From: Peptococcaceae bacterium
GTDB lineage: Bacteria > Bacillota > Desulfitobacteriia > Desulfitobacteriales > Syntrophobotulaceae
Reading direction: 5' to 3'
Assembly (NCBI GenBank): GCA_012839895.1
Contig: DUML01000082.1
Coordinates: 11,255 to 75,254 of the forward strand
DNA length: 64,000 nucleotides
Shown: positions 34,720 to 43,425 of the stretch, piece after piece
Position numbering within the stretch: position 1 is the stretch's first letter
How the letters are laid out: each line of letters begins with the position of its first letter
Position numbers and translations under genes: made by a program
Notes under the pieces: model-generated
What the model was told of the DNA's origin: nothing
Databases searched by the model: none
Seen by the model: the letters and a program-made list of their open reading frames with translations, nothing else

Positions 34720-35715
34720 TTAATTAGAAGGGTTTTCCGTAAAGTGAGCCGCGATTCTTTCAATAATTTTTTGCTCACAGCACTCTTTAGCCACTCTAAT
34801 GGCATTAAAAATTGCTTTTTCTTTGGAGCTTCCATGGCAAATTATACTTGTACCGTTTACTCCCAAAAGGGGAGCTCCTCCGTATTCGGAATAATCCAGG
34901 GATTTGGCAATTTCTTTCAAACCAGGTTTTATGAGCATCGCTCCTAGCTTACGGACGGAGTTGGCTGTAATCTTTTCTTTGATTAACTGGAAAAGTGATG
35001 AAGCCATTCCTTCAATAGTTTTTAAAACAATATTGCCGACAAAAGCATCACAGACAATTACATCGGCCGCCCCGTAAGGGATATCCCGACCTTCAATATT
35101 ACCAATAAAATTTAAAGAAGAAGCTTTAAATAAATCGTAAGCTTTCTGGGTAAGTTCATTACCCTTCCCTTCTTCACTGCCGATATTTAACAAAGCAACC
35201 CGCGGTTCAGAAATCCCAAGAACCATCTCTGCATAAACACTACCCATCATCCCATATTGCAAGAGATATTCCGGTTTGGCATCCGGGTTGGCTCCCACAT
35301 CAAGCATTAGTTTCCCGGCTTGAAGAGTAGGTAAAACAGTACAAATCGCCGGGCGGCTAATGCCCTTAATACGGCCCAACACCAAGAGTGCAGCTGCCAT
35401 CTGGGCGCCCGTGCTTCCAGCGGACACCAGAGCATCCGCATACCCCTCTTTAACTAACCTGGTTGCCACTACAATTGAAGCATCTTTCTTCTTTTTAATT
35501 GCGGCAGCCGGCTGTTCATCCATGCCAATAACTTCCTGAGCCTCATAAATTTCCATATTTGTTTTAAGGCCGTTAGGTAAGTGCTCCTTAATTTTTCCCC
35601 CTTGTCCCACCAGGACAATATGCAGGTTTGGATAAGTTTCTGCAGCCCTGAGCGCTCCTTTCACAATCTCCCCGGGAGCATAATCTCCCCCCATGGCGTC
35701 TACGGCTATTCTCAT
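34720..35715 (-). CDS. plsX: Phosphate acyltransferase PlsX
   Basis: MRIAVDAMGGDYAP N-terminus with full-length PlsX pattern. Confidence 0.95.
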   Translation of the reverse strand: MRIAVDAMGGDYAPGEIVKGALRAAETYPNLHIVLVGQGGKIKEHLPNGLKTNMEIYEAQEVIGMDEQPAAAIKKKKDASIVVATRLVKEGYADALVSAGSTGAQMAAALLVLGRIKGISRPAICTVLPTLQAGKLMLDVGANPDAKPEYLLQYGMMGSVYAEMVLGISEPRVALLNIGSEEGKGNELTQKAYDLFKASSLNFIGNIEGRDIPYGAADVIVCDAFVGNIVLKTIEGMASSLFQLIKEKITANSVRKLGAMLIKPGLKEIAKSLDYSEYGGAPLLGVNGTSIICHGSSKEKAIFNAIRVAKECCEQKIIERIAAHFTENPSN

Positions 35716-35768
35716 GAAGTTTTTTCCCCCTATTTCTATGCTTACTAGGCTTATCTTCTTACTTTACT

Positions 35769-35843
35769 ATGTCCCCGATACTTATTACCTTCTAAGTCCC
35801 TGATATTTATTACCTTCAATGTCCCTAATATTTACTTATTCTT
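35769..35843. repeat. Three tandem 25-bp direct repeats in the plsX upstream region
   Basis: R1 atgtccccgatacttattaccttct (35769-35793), R2 aagtccctgatatttattaccttca (35794-35818), R3 atgtccctaatatttacttattctt (35819-35843). R1 vs R2 is 21/25 identical. The first 16 nt are conserved in all three. Confidence 0.85.
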
Positions 35844-35862
35844 GCCGGTTGGCTGCCGTGTT

Positions 35863-35899
35863 AAAACAAAAAGCCGTTGAACTGAACAACGTCAACAGC
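35863..35899 (-). terminator. Rho-independent terminator after rpmF
   Basis: Minus strand gctgttga / tcaacggc 8-bp stem (one G-U) followed by UUUUUGUUUU (35863-35872 on plus). Confidence 0.8.
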
Positions 35900-35922
35900 T
35901 TTCTGTTTAAAAGGATAAGGTT

Positions 35923-36102
35923 TTATTCTCCCATGGAAACTACTTGCTTGCCCTTGTAATAGCCACATTCCGGGCAAACATGATGTTGTAGCTTCTTTTT
36001 ATGGCACTGGGGGCATTCCACAAGGTTAGGAGCATTTAACTTGTCCATGGCTCTGCGCATGCGAACTCTCGACTTAGATTGTTTATTTTGATGAACACCC
36101 AC
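35923..36102 (-). CDS. rpmF: 50S ribosomal protein L32
   Basis: Zn-ribbon CPQC...CPEC and a basic N-terminus. GTG 36102 lies 7 nt after AAGGGGGTG and directly after the yceD stop. The ORF-track start 36174 overlaps yceD and is rejected. Confidence 0.9.
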   Translation of the reverse strand: MGVHQNKQSKSRVRMRRAMDKLNAPNLVECPQCHKKKLQHHVCPECGYYKGKQVVSMGE

Positions 36103-36106
36103 TATA

Positions 36107-36616
36107 TTACACCCCCTTATTCCACTTTGATAATATTTCCAGACGAGGATCAATAGTCTCGTCAGAACAAACACAGGTATTTAAATTGCGGTCAACGCCA
36201 CATTTGGGGCATAAACCTCGACAGTCTTCTGAACATAAAAATTTCATGGGCAAATGCAGCAAAATATGTTCAACTATACGTTCCTCAATAGAAAATTCAT
36301 CTTTATCAAAAATCAGAGCAGTGCCTTCTTCATCTTGCGTAGCCGCTTCTACCGGAAGCCATTCATCTTCAAAATCAAAGGAGAGCGGATAGGTAAATTC
36401 CTTAAGACAACGTGAACAATGAACATTTAACTCGGAAAGCACCTTACCTTTAACCAGCAAAGATTTCCCGCTTTTAGTCACGTTTAAGGTAACTTTTACC
36501 GGGCTTTGGAAAGAATATTCTCCATCGCCGATCTGAATGGGAGGCAGAGCTTCACCAAATTCAAATCTTGCTGAACTGCCCTCGTTTTTTCTTAGGGAAG
36601 CCACATTTATTTTCAA
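36107..36616 (-). CDS. yceD: YceD-family (DUF177) protein, conserved partner of rpmF
   Basis: C-terminal CSEDCRGLCPKCGVDRN Cys cluster and the conserved yceD-rpmF-plsX context. TTG start. Confidence 0.85.
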   Translation of the reverse strand: MKINVASLRKNEGSSARFEFGEALPPIQIGDGEYSFQSPVKVTLNVTKSGKSLLVKGKVLSELNVHCSRCLKEFTYPLSFDFEDEWLPVEAATQDEEGTALIFDKDEFSIEERIVEHILLHLPMKFLCSEDCRGLCPKCGVDRNLNTCVCSDETIDPRLEILSKWNKGV

Positions 36617-36661
36617 CAGTAATCACTGCTTTCAAAATAATTCCTTTCTACAACAACTGTT

Positions 36662-36690
36662 ATTATAGTTAGCGCCTATTTCTTTGTCAA
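36662..36690 (-). promoter_or_regulatory. Consensus sigma-A promoter for yceD-rpmF
   Basis: Minus strand TTGACA (36685-36690), 17-nt spacer, TATAAT (36662-36667). Both hexamers match the consensus perfectly. Confidence 0.7.
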
Positions 36691-36706
36691 GAAAGGAGTT
36701 GCGCAA

Positions 36707-37915
36707 TTACTGTCGACTGACAATTTCTTTGGTATCCAAGGCGATCATTAATTCTTCATTGGTAGGAATTACGAGTACCCGGCATTTAGCGCCCAACTTG
36801 GAAATATCAATTTCCTGCCCTCTGACTTGGTTCTTCTCTTCGTCTATGCTGACTCCGAGATAGCCAAGGGTGTCACAAATCGCTTTCCGGATTGAAGCTG
36901 AATTCTCACCGAGGCCGGCTGTAAAGATAATGGCATCAACACCATCTAAAATAGCCGCATAAGCTCCGATATATTTTTTAACATCATGAACAAAAACATC
37001 AATAGCCAGTTTGGCGCGATAATTGCCTTCTTCTGCAGCTTTCTCTAAATCCCGGAAATCGCTGCTTATGCCGGATATACCAAGAACACCGCATTTTTTA
37101 TTCAAAAACTCGTTAACTTGGTCTCCGGTCCATTTTTCTTTGTTCATAATAAAGGAAACAATGGCGGGATCTATATCCCCAGACCTGGTTCCCATTAGCA
37201 ATCCTTCCAAAGGGGTAAAGCCCATAGAGGTTTCGACAGATTTCCCATATTTAATAGCCGTAATTGAAGAGCCATTGCCAAGGTGACAACTAATCATTTT
37301 CAATTTTTCTATCCTCTGGCCTAATAGCGTTGCCGCTCTTTGACTGACGTATTTGTGAGATGTTCCATGGAAACCATAGCGACGAATTTTATATTTTTCA
37401 TATAATTCATAAGGAATTCCGTAAAGATATGCTTCGGGAGGCATAGTTTGATGAAAAGCAGTATCAAAGACAGCGACTTGTGGAGTAGTAGGCATTAATT
37501 TTTCACAAGCTAAGATACCTGCTAAATTGGCAGGATTATGAAGAGGACCTAATTCAATACATTCTTCAATAGCCTTTTTAACATTGTCATCAACCAGAAC
37601 AGAACCTGATACCTTTTCACCACCGTGTAAGACCCTATGACCAACTGCATCGATTTCTTCCAAAGATTTAATTACACCGTACTCGGGGTGAACGATAGCC
37701 TCTAACACCAATTTAATAGCAGCATTATGGTCAGGTAATTCAGCAGTAATTATCTCTTTTTCTCCATCGGCCGGACGATGGGTAAGAATGGCTCCCGGAA
37801 GCCCAATTCTTTCAACCAAACCTTTGGCTATGGCCTTGTTGGTATCCATATCCATAAGCTGGTACTTTAATGAAGAACTTCCGCTGTTAATCACGAGAAT
37901 TTTCAATAGCGACAA
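36707..37915 (-). CDS. ackA: Acetate kinase
   Basis: [17 protein letters not shown]-terminus and full-length AckA pattern. The likely true start is TTG 37906 (MKILVIN), 9 nt after AAAGGGG. Confidence 0.93.
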   Translation of the reverse strand: MSLLKILVINSGSSSLKYQLMDMDTNKAIAKGLVERIGLPGAILTHRPADGEKEIITAELPDHNAAIKLVLEAIVHPEYGVIKSLEEIDAVGHRVLHGGEKVSGSVLVDDNVKKAIEECIELGPLHNPANLAGILACEKLMPTTPQVAVFDTAFHQTMPPEAYLYGIPYELYEKYKIRRYGFHGTSHKYVSQRAATLLGQRIEKLKMISCHLGNGSSITAIKYGKSVETSMGFTPLEGLLMGTRSGDIDPAIVSFIMNKEKWTGDQVNEFLNKKCGVLGISGISSDFRDLEKAAEEGNYRAKLAIDVFVHDVKKYIGAYAAILDGVDAIIFTAGLGENSASIRKAICDTLGYLGVSIDEEKNQVRGQEIDISKLGAKCRVLVIPTNEELMIALDTKEIVSRQ

Positions 37916-38292
37916 CCCCTTTACTCTTTCAACCTTTTTGTTCGTGCCCTCTAAGGCCTGCTTTTTTGTGCCGCTCTCAATCTACCGAATTCCCCCAAAA
38001 TTTACTCTTAAGCCCCTCTAAAATGACTTTTTCTTGAAATTATAGTACTTTTTTTAGATTTTAACATAATTACAGCTTTTTGTATAAAACTCCAGCTTAT
38101 TTACTTTAATATTTTAAGCGAAATATTTTGACCTGGCAATATTTAAAGTCATTCTTAATCGTTATCATGAAAGATTTTCTTAATATTGCCTTTCTTGCGT
38201 GGAAATTATTGGCAATTGCTGTCTCTTAGAATTCAATAACTTAAATATTCATATACATTAAGCATTGAAAGCGTCAAAAGGCTGGTGATGAG

Positions 38293-39465
38293 GTGAAAGC
38301 TGTCCTGAAAATCTTTCCCTTTTTTCTGCTGGCGGTATGTATGTTTTATTATCCGCAAGATGTTCTAAAATCGGCTGCAACCGGCCTGGCTCTTTGGGCA
38401 AACTATGTCCTCCCAGCGCTCTTACCGTTCTTTATAATTTCCGATCTCTTAATGAAACAAGGCTTTGTACATTTTCTCGGCGTCTTGTTAGAACCTCTCA
38501 TGCGTCCTCTCTTCCGACTCCCTGGCCAAGCCTCTTTTGTTCTCGCTATGACCCATACTACAGGCATTCCCATCGGCGCTATGCTTACCTGTAAAATGCG
38601 CAATGCAGGTGAAATCAGCAAAACAGAAGGAGAACGCCTACTTGCTTTCACTAGCAATCCTAGCCCCGGGTTCATGTTTGGAGCGGTTGCTTCCGGTATG
38701 TTAGGAAATCCGTCTTTAGGAATTATTATCGCCGGCTCCGTTTATCTGGCCAATCTCCTGGTAGGGTTTATCTTTCGCTTCTATGGCCCGGCTGCTGCCA
38801 ACCCATCTAATTCCAAATTTTCCCTCATAACAGCCTACCAAAAGTTAAAACAAGCCCAAAATAAAAATAAAAAACCCTTTGGCGAATTATTGGCAGATAC
38901 AGTCAGAGACAGCATCGCGACCATTCTTCTAGTCGGAGGTTTTATAGTATTCTTTGCAGTTATTACCCAAATGCTGACAAAATTAAAAATCAATATCACA
39001 ATCGCCAAAGTTTTAGCCTTTATTTCCGGTGAACTGTTAACTGTTCCAGGCGGAGAGGCCTTCTTACAAGGGCTTCTGGAAACGACCTTAGGTTGCCAAG
39101 CGACAGTAAAAGCCTTTTCCAATCTTAATACCCAAATAGGAGTACTAACTTTCCTCTTAGGTTTCGGAGGTTTGTCCGTTTTTGCCCAAGTAGCCAGTTT
39201 TACGGCAACAACTGATCTTCGTTTTTTCCCCTTTATTCTGGGTCGTGTCCTGCATGCATTTTTGGCTTTACTTATTAGCCAAATTCTGCTGCGTAGCAGT
39301 ACTCTCCCTACCACCGTTCTGCCTGCTTCCTTAACAGAAGGAACAGCCTTTTGGGTTCTTTCCTTAAAATGGAGCCTTTTCTTCTTTAGCCTGGTATCCT
39401 TTCTCTTACTTGTCCTTGCTCTCACTTCCCTTGTTCTAAGGAAAGCTATTTTTCCCCGAAGCTAA
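38293..39465 (+). CDS. ylbJ: Sporulation integral membrane protein YlbJ (nucleoside-recognition/Gate-domain family)
   Basis: Polytopic membrane protein; GLALWANYVLPALLPFFIISDLLMKQG and EGERLLAFTSNPSPGFMFG resemble YlbJ. The genomic position next to rsmD matches Bacillus. GTG start after GATGAGG. Confidence 0.75.
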   Translation: MKAVLKIFPFFLLAVCMFYYPQDVLKSAATGLALWANYVLPALLPFFIISDLLMKQGFVHFLGVLLEPLMRPLFRLPGQASFVLAMTHTTGIPIGAMLTCKMRNAGEISKTEGERLLAFTSNPSPGFMFGAVASGMLGNPSLGIIIAGSVYLANLLVGFIFRFYGPAAANPSNSKFSLITAYQKLKQAQNKNKKPFGELLADTVRDSIATILLVGGFIVFFAVITQMLTKLKINITIAKVLAFISGELLTVPGGEAFLQGLLETTLGCQATVKAFSNLNTQIGVLTFLLGFGGLSVFAQVASFTATTDLRFFPFILGRVLHAFLALLISQILLRSSTLPTTVLPASLTEGTAFWVLSLKWSLFFFSLVSFLLLVLALTSLVLRKAIFPRS

Positions 39466-39956
39466 TCCTGGTGATGGACGTTATTCTGATTTTTTTCATC
39501 CCAACGAGCCATTGCATTCAGCTCTTCTCTATTAGCTTTTAAGGCCTTCAAGGATTCTTCCAGTTTTAATTCCACATCATGCAACAAATTATCGGAATAT
39601 TTTAGAGCTCCGATTTTTACTTCCCGGGAATATTGGTGAGCCTTTTTAACAATATCTTCGGCGTAGGCACGGGACTGGGCTACAATCTCATTTTCCTGCA
39701 ACAAGTATTCAGCTTGTTTTTCGGCGCGCTCAATAATTTTTTGTCCTTCAAGGCGTGCCTCTTCGATTATGCGTTCACGATCGGCAAGAATTAGGTTTGC
39801 CCGCCTAATCTCTTCAGGAAGGGTAACACGGATTCCATCTAAAATTTCCAAAACGACTTCTTCATCAACCATTATTTTTCCGGTTAAAGGAACCTTTGTT
39901 CCCCGATCCAAAACTTCTTCCAGCTGTTCAATCAGGTCCAACAAATTGTTTTCCAA
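39462..39956 (-). CDS. Conserved coiled-coil protein of unknown function (ATP-synthase-b/H-like heptad composition)
   Basis: 164 aa, highly charged (E/K/R-rich) and helical throughout, with no catalytic motifs. It starts 4 nt after the rsmD stop. Its 3' end overlaps the ylbJ 3' end by 4 nt (convergent). Confidence 0.5.
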   Translation of the reverse strand: MENNLLDLIEQLEEVLDRGTKVPLTGKIMVDEEVVLEILDGIRVTLPEEIRRANLILADRERIIEEARLEGQKIIERAEKQAEYLLQENEIVAQSRAYAEDIVKKAHQYSREVKIGALKYSDNLLHDVELKLEESLKALKANREELNAMARWDEKNQNNVHHQD

Positions 39957-39959
39957 ATT

Positions 39960-40523
39960 TTATCCCTCCCCACGCTCAACTTTTTCTTGCAAATACCATA
40001 CTTTGGTATCCCCGTATTCTTTTGTCAGTATAAGTTCTAAAGGCAAAATATCCTTTGGAATTTCTTCATCTGAAGCCGTTTCCAGTACGATAACCCCATT
40101 AGGCTGCAAAAAGGTATTGTACTTGAATAAAGTCAAAATTTTCCCTGCTAATTCCTGGTGATACGGTGGATCAAGAAAAATTATATCAAATTTTTCTTGT
40201 TTGTTGTGCTGTAGAAAATTAAAGGCATCCATTTTTAAAATCAGGGCTTGGTCCATAGCTCCAGTCAAGGTCCTATTTTCTTGTAGGACTTTCCAAGCTT
40301 TATAATCATTCTCAACCAAAACAGCCTGTCGGGCTCCCCTGGATAATGCTTCAAAAGATAAATTTCCTGTCCCGGCAAAGAGATCCAAGATCCTGGCATT
40401 TTGGACTTTACTGCCAAGGATGTTAAAAATAGCTCCCTTAACCTTGTCAGAAGTTGGGCGGGTTGTTAAACCTTGAACTGTTTTTAAGCGCCGCCCCTTC
40501 CAATCTCCGGCAATAATGCGCAC
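39960..40523 (-). CDS. rsmD: 16S rRNA (guanine966-N2)-methyltransferase
   Basis: MRIIAGDWKGRRL, RPTSDKVKGAIFN, DLFAGTGNLSFEALSRGA and DPPY motifs. GTG start after AGGAAGGAAAG. Confidence 0.9.
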   Translation of the reverse strand: MRIIAGDWKGRRLKTVQGLTTRPTSDKVKGAIFNILGSKVQNARILDLFAGTGNLSFEALSRGARQAVLVENDYKAWKVLQENRTLTGAMDQALILKMDAFNFLQHNKQEKFDIIFLDPPYHQELAGKILTLFKYNTFLQPNGVIVLETASDEEIPKDILPLELILTKEYGDTKVWYLQEKVERGEG

Positions 40524-40595
40524 TTCTTTCTTTCCTTCCTAATTACATACGGTTCTATTGAATTGTAAAAATTTATTAAATACCAACTCTTCTTT

Positions 40596-40604
40596 AGTAT
40601 ACCA
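40596..40604 (-). promoter_or_regulatory. Candidate extended -10 promoter for rsmD
   Basis: Minus strand TGgTATACT (TG at 40603-40604, hexamer at 40596-40601). No good -35 element. Confidence 0.4.
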
Positions 40605-40718
40605 CATTTGTGCTTTAAAAAAAGTACACACATTCTAATGAATATCTCTCTTCTAAACATAACATACTATAGAAAGTTTCGAAACTACAACATTTACCTT
40701 CTCATCATAATTCTTTTT

Positions 40719-40743
40719 ACTGGCCACAAGGCCAGTTCTTTTC
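40719..40743 (+). terminator. Terminator-like hairpin on the plus strand with no upstream plus-strand gene
   Basis: actggcc-acaa-ggccagt (40719-40736) followed by tcttttc. It lies in the divergent rsmD/gpr intergenic region. Confidence 0.4.
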
Positions 40744-40873
40744 AATCTATTTTATCAAGTAATTATTATTAAATAGTTATATCTCTATAGAGAAAGATAA
40801 TTCTTTACAGTTAAGGTTTTTTCTCAAAACTCGGGAAAAGTGTGGTATTAAGCATAAAAGGAGCGTTGATCTT

Positions 40874-41860
40874 ATGAAAAAATCCAGCTTTTTTCAAAAC
40901 ATGAACATAAATATTGACCTAGCGGTTGAAGCCCATGACCTTCTGCGAGGTGAAACCGGCAGGGAAGTTGCCGGTGTCGTTATGGAGAAAGAAACACTTC
41001 CTGAAGCGACTGTGACCAAAATAACCATTACCAATAAAAACGGGGAAAAGAAACTCGGGCGTCCCAAAGGCAATTACATTACAATCGAAGCTCCGACCAT
41101 TAAAGATAATAACTTTCAGGAACATAGAAAAATAACCGAGATTCTGGCTCGCTATCTGGCTAATTTAATTAACTTCAAAGAAGATACCAGCATCTTGATT
41201 ATCGGTCTTGGGAATTGGCAAGCCACCCCGGATGCCCTTGGTCCTAAGGTTGTAGAAAAAGTAATCGTAACCCGTCACTTATTCTATTATACACCGGAGG
41301 AAATGCAGGGAAAGATGCGCAAAGTCTCAGCTATTTCTCCCGGAGTCCTAGGACTGACAGGTATTGAAACTGCTGAAATAATCAGGGGCTTAGTGGAACA
41401 TGTCCAGCCGGATTATGTTATTGCCATAGATTCTTTGGCTGCCGGCGCTTTGGAAAGAATCGGAACAACTATTCAATTGGCTGATACAGGGATTAATCCA
41501 GGCTCAGGGATAGGCAATCATCGCAAAGGCTTAAATGAAGAAACCCTGGGCTGCAAAGTTATCGCCATTGGTGTGCCTACCGTCGTTAATGCCGCCGTTA
41601 TTGCCCACAAAACAATTGAAGAATTGTTAAGTCAAATAGAATCTGAACCAACTTTAGCAAAAATTTACGACTCAGAAAATGAACAAATCCTCCTGGGAGT
41701 TATGGAAAGAGCTTTATCTCCTTTCAGAAACAATTTAATGGTAACGCCTAAAGAAGTGGATGATTTAATTGAACGCAGTTCACGGATTATCGCCAATTCA
41801 CTAAATCTTTGCATCCATCCCGGTATTTCCACAAATAATTTAGAACTTTACCAGCAATAA
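40874..41860 (+). CDS. gpr: Germination protease GPR (SASP-degrading spore endopeptidase)
   Basis: IDLAVEAHD, GLGNWQATPDALGP, AIDSLAA and DTGINPGSGIGN match GPR family signatures. SD AAGGAG lies upstream. Confidence 0.9.
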   Translation: MKKSSFFQNMNINIDLAVEAHDLLRGETGREVAGVVMEKETLPEATVTKITITNKNGEKKLGRPKGNYITIEAPTIKDNNFQEHRKITEILARYLANLINFKEDTSILIIGLGNWQATPDALGPKVVEKVIVTRHLFYYTPEEMQGKMRKVSAISPGVLGLTGIETAEIIRGLVEHVQPDYVIAIDSLAAGALERIGTTIQLADTGINPGSGIGNHRKGLNEETLGCKVIAIGVPTVVNAAVIAHKTIEELLSQIESEPTLAKIYDSENEQILLGVMERALSPFRNNLMVTPKEVDDLIERSSRIIANSLNLCIHPGISTNNLELYQQ

Positions 41861-41945
41861 ATATTGATGTAATGGCGAAAATACGGCACAATATAATTTA
41901 TAATTTTTTAATTAGGGCTATTACAATTATTACCGGGAGGAACAT

Positions 41946-43160
41946 ATGGCCGCATTAGACGCCCAAAAACCAGAATCAACTCAACCACCCCTTTGGACTA
42001 AAAACTTTATATTAATAATGCTTGTTAATCTTTTCGTTTTTCTTAGCTTTCAAATGCTCTTACCAACTATGCCCCTGTATGTTGAAAAATTAGGAGGGAC
42101 GGAAGATATCGTCGGACTGGTGACGGGAGTTTTTACCATAACTGCCGTAGGTTTACGCCCCTTTGCCGGACGGGCTTTAGATACTCAAGGGCGAAAGCGG
42201 GTTTACTTTTTAGGCGTTTCCATTATTATTCTCTCTATTCTAGGATACAGTCTTGTTCCGACCATAATCATGCTCTTTATCTTCCGTATGCTCCACGGTA
42301 TTGGCTGGGGATTAGGTTCAACTGCAACCGGTACAATTGCTACTGACATTATTCCTAAGACCAGGCTTGGTGAAGGAATGGGTTTTTATGGCTTAACAAC
42401 TGTTGTGTCCATGGCCGTCGCCCCGGCTCTAGGTCTGCAAGTTGTCAGTCTTTGGGGATTTTCTTATCTCTTCTATATATCCGGAGCTCTGGCTGTTTTA
42501 GGCGTAATCGTTGCCCTCTTTATTAAATACCAACTGGTAAATTTCAAAACAGGCCAAGGGGTTCTTTCCGAACAAGAAAACCCCACCAGGCCTGCCCTCC
42601 TGGAAAAAAGTGCCTATAAACCAACCCTGATCATATTTTTTGTGACCTTAACTTACGGCTCAGTGGTAACCTTCATTGCCTTGTATGCAGCTGAATTTAA
42701 TATTGCCAACATAGGGATCTTTTTTACGGTCTATGCCTTGACTTTATTTTTAGCCAGGCCGACCTTTGGCAAAATAGCTGACCGTAAAGGTTTTGGTTAT
42801 TCCCTAATTCCCGGACTTATTTTTGTCGCCTTAACAATGGTCATTCTTTTCCTTGCTCAAAACCTCTTTTATTTTATAGTCGCCGCGATTTGCTACGGCA
42901 TAGGTTTTGGAGCAGTCCAGCCCAGCCTCCAGGCCATGGCTGTCTATAAAGTTCCTCCCTACAGAAGAGGGGCTGCCAACGGAACTTTTATGAGCGGTTT
43001 TGACTTAGGAATTGGCATCGGTTCTATGCTTTGGGGCTTTGTTGCCAAATATACAGATTACCACACTATGTACTTACTGGCCGTAATCCCAGTCTTTATA
43101 GCCTTTTTCCTCTATCTTTACCTAGGGAAAGAAGCCCAACTCAAGAAAGTTAATTTGTAA
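41946..43160 (+). CDS. MFS transporter (substrate unknown)
   Basis: 12 TM helices and a loop 2-3 motif GRALDTQGRKRV (MFS motif A). Confidence 0.8.
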   Translation: MAALDAQKPESTQPPLWTKNFILIMLVNLFVFLSFQMLLPTMPLYVEKLGGTEDIVGLVTGVFTITAVGLRPFAGRALDTQGRKRVYFLGVSIIILSILGYSLVPTIIMLFIFRMLHGIGWGLGSTATGTIATDIIPKTRLGEGMGFYGLTTVVSMAVAPALGLQVVSLWGFSYLFYISGALAVLGVIVALFIKYQLVNFKTGQGVLSEQENPTRPALLEKSAYKPTLIIFFVTLTYGSVVTFIALYAAEFNIANIGIFFTVYALTLFLARPTFGKIADRKGFGYSLIPGLIFVALTMVILFLAQNLFYFIVAAICYGIGFGAVQPSLQAMAVYKVPPYRRGAANGTFMSGFDLGIGIGSMLWGFVAKYTDYHTMYLLAVIPVFIAFFLYLYLGKEAQLKKVNL

Positions 43161-43165
43161 GTATT

Positions 43166-43333
43166 TTTTGCATTACTTTGCGAAGCGTTAAAGCAGAGAA
43201 GCGTCGTGAGCGCAGCTTTTGCAACGTTAAACTGTACCGAGGTTCACATCTGGAAGAACAACCAGAGGTTCGGGTGCAGTAGCTGTAGCAGCAAGTGAAC
43301 AGCTTCGGCGCGTGGTGAGCGGGTAATGCAAAA
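43166..43333 (+). ncRNA. Candidate structured RNA / structured 3'UTR element of unknown class
   Basis: An approximately 168-nt island of clearly higher GC than its surroundings. An 11-bp closing helix (43166-43176 / 43323-43333) encloses cgaagc/gcttcg (43181-86 / 43302-07). A long imperfect hairpin spans 43231-43280. Two G-U pairs favour the plus strand. No credible ORF. Confidence 0.3.
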
Positions 43334-43351
43334 CATGAAATAAGAAATTCC

Positions 43352-43393
43352 AAGGGGCCAATGCTTAACAGTTTTTGTTTTGCAAAGGCCCCT
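43352..43393. terminator. Hairpin between convergent MFS gene / RNA element (+) and the small ORF (-); possible bidirectional terminator
   Basis: aaggggcc (43352-43359) / ggcccctt (43386-43393), with inner tgc/gca pairs. T-rich tracts follow on both strands (tttctct on plus; ggaatttcttatttc on minus). Confidence 0.5.
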
Positions 43394-43425
43394 TTCTCTG
43401 ATATATGGAAATTTTACTCGCTTTT

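Noticed and set aside
38835-39425. 196-aa minus-strand ORF antisense to ylbJ
   Set aside because: Extremely Lys/Arg-rich, with no SD. It is an antisense shadow of a hydrophobic membrane-protein gene, where codons for Phe/Leu read as Lys/Glu on the opposite strand.
40638-40772. 44-aa plus-strand ORF (MNISLLNITYYRKF...) in the rsmD/gpr intergenic region, ending past the terminator-like hairpin
   Set aside because: No Shine-Dalgarno sequence upstream, Tyr/Ile/Asn-rich composition expected from random AT-rich DNA, and the hairpin lies inside the ORF. I keep only the hairpin as a low-confidence feature.
43166-43333. Naming the GC-rich element as 6S RNA (or any other specific Rfam family)
   Set aside because: The overall closing-stem plus internal-loop layout is compatible with several families. 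I cannot verify a 6S-type central bubble or any conserved nucleotides by eye, so it is left as unknown class.
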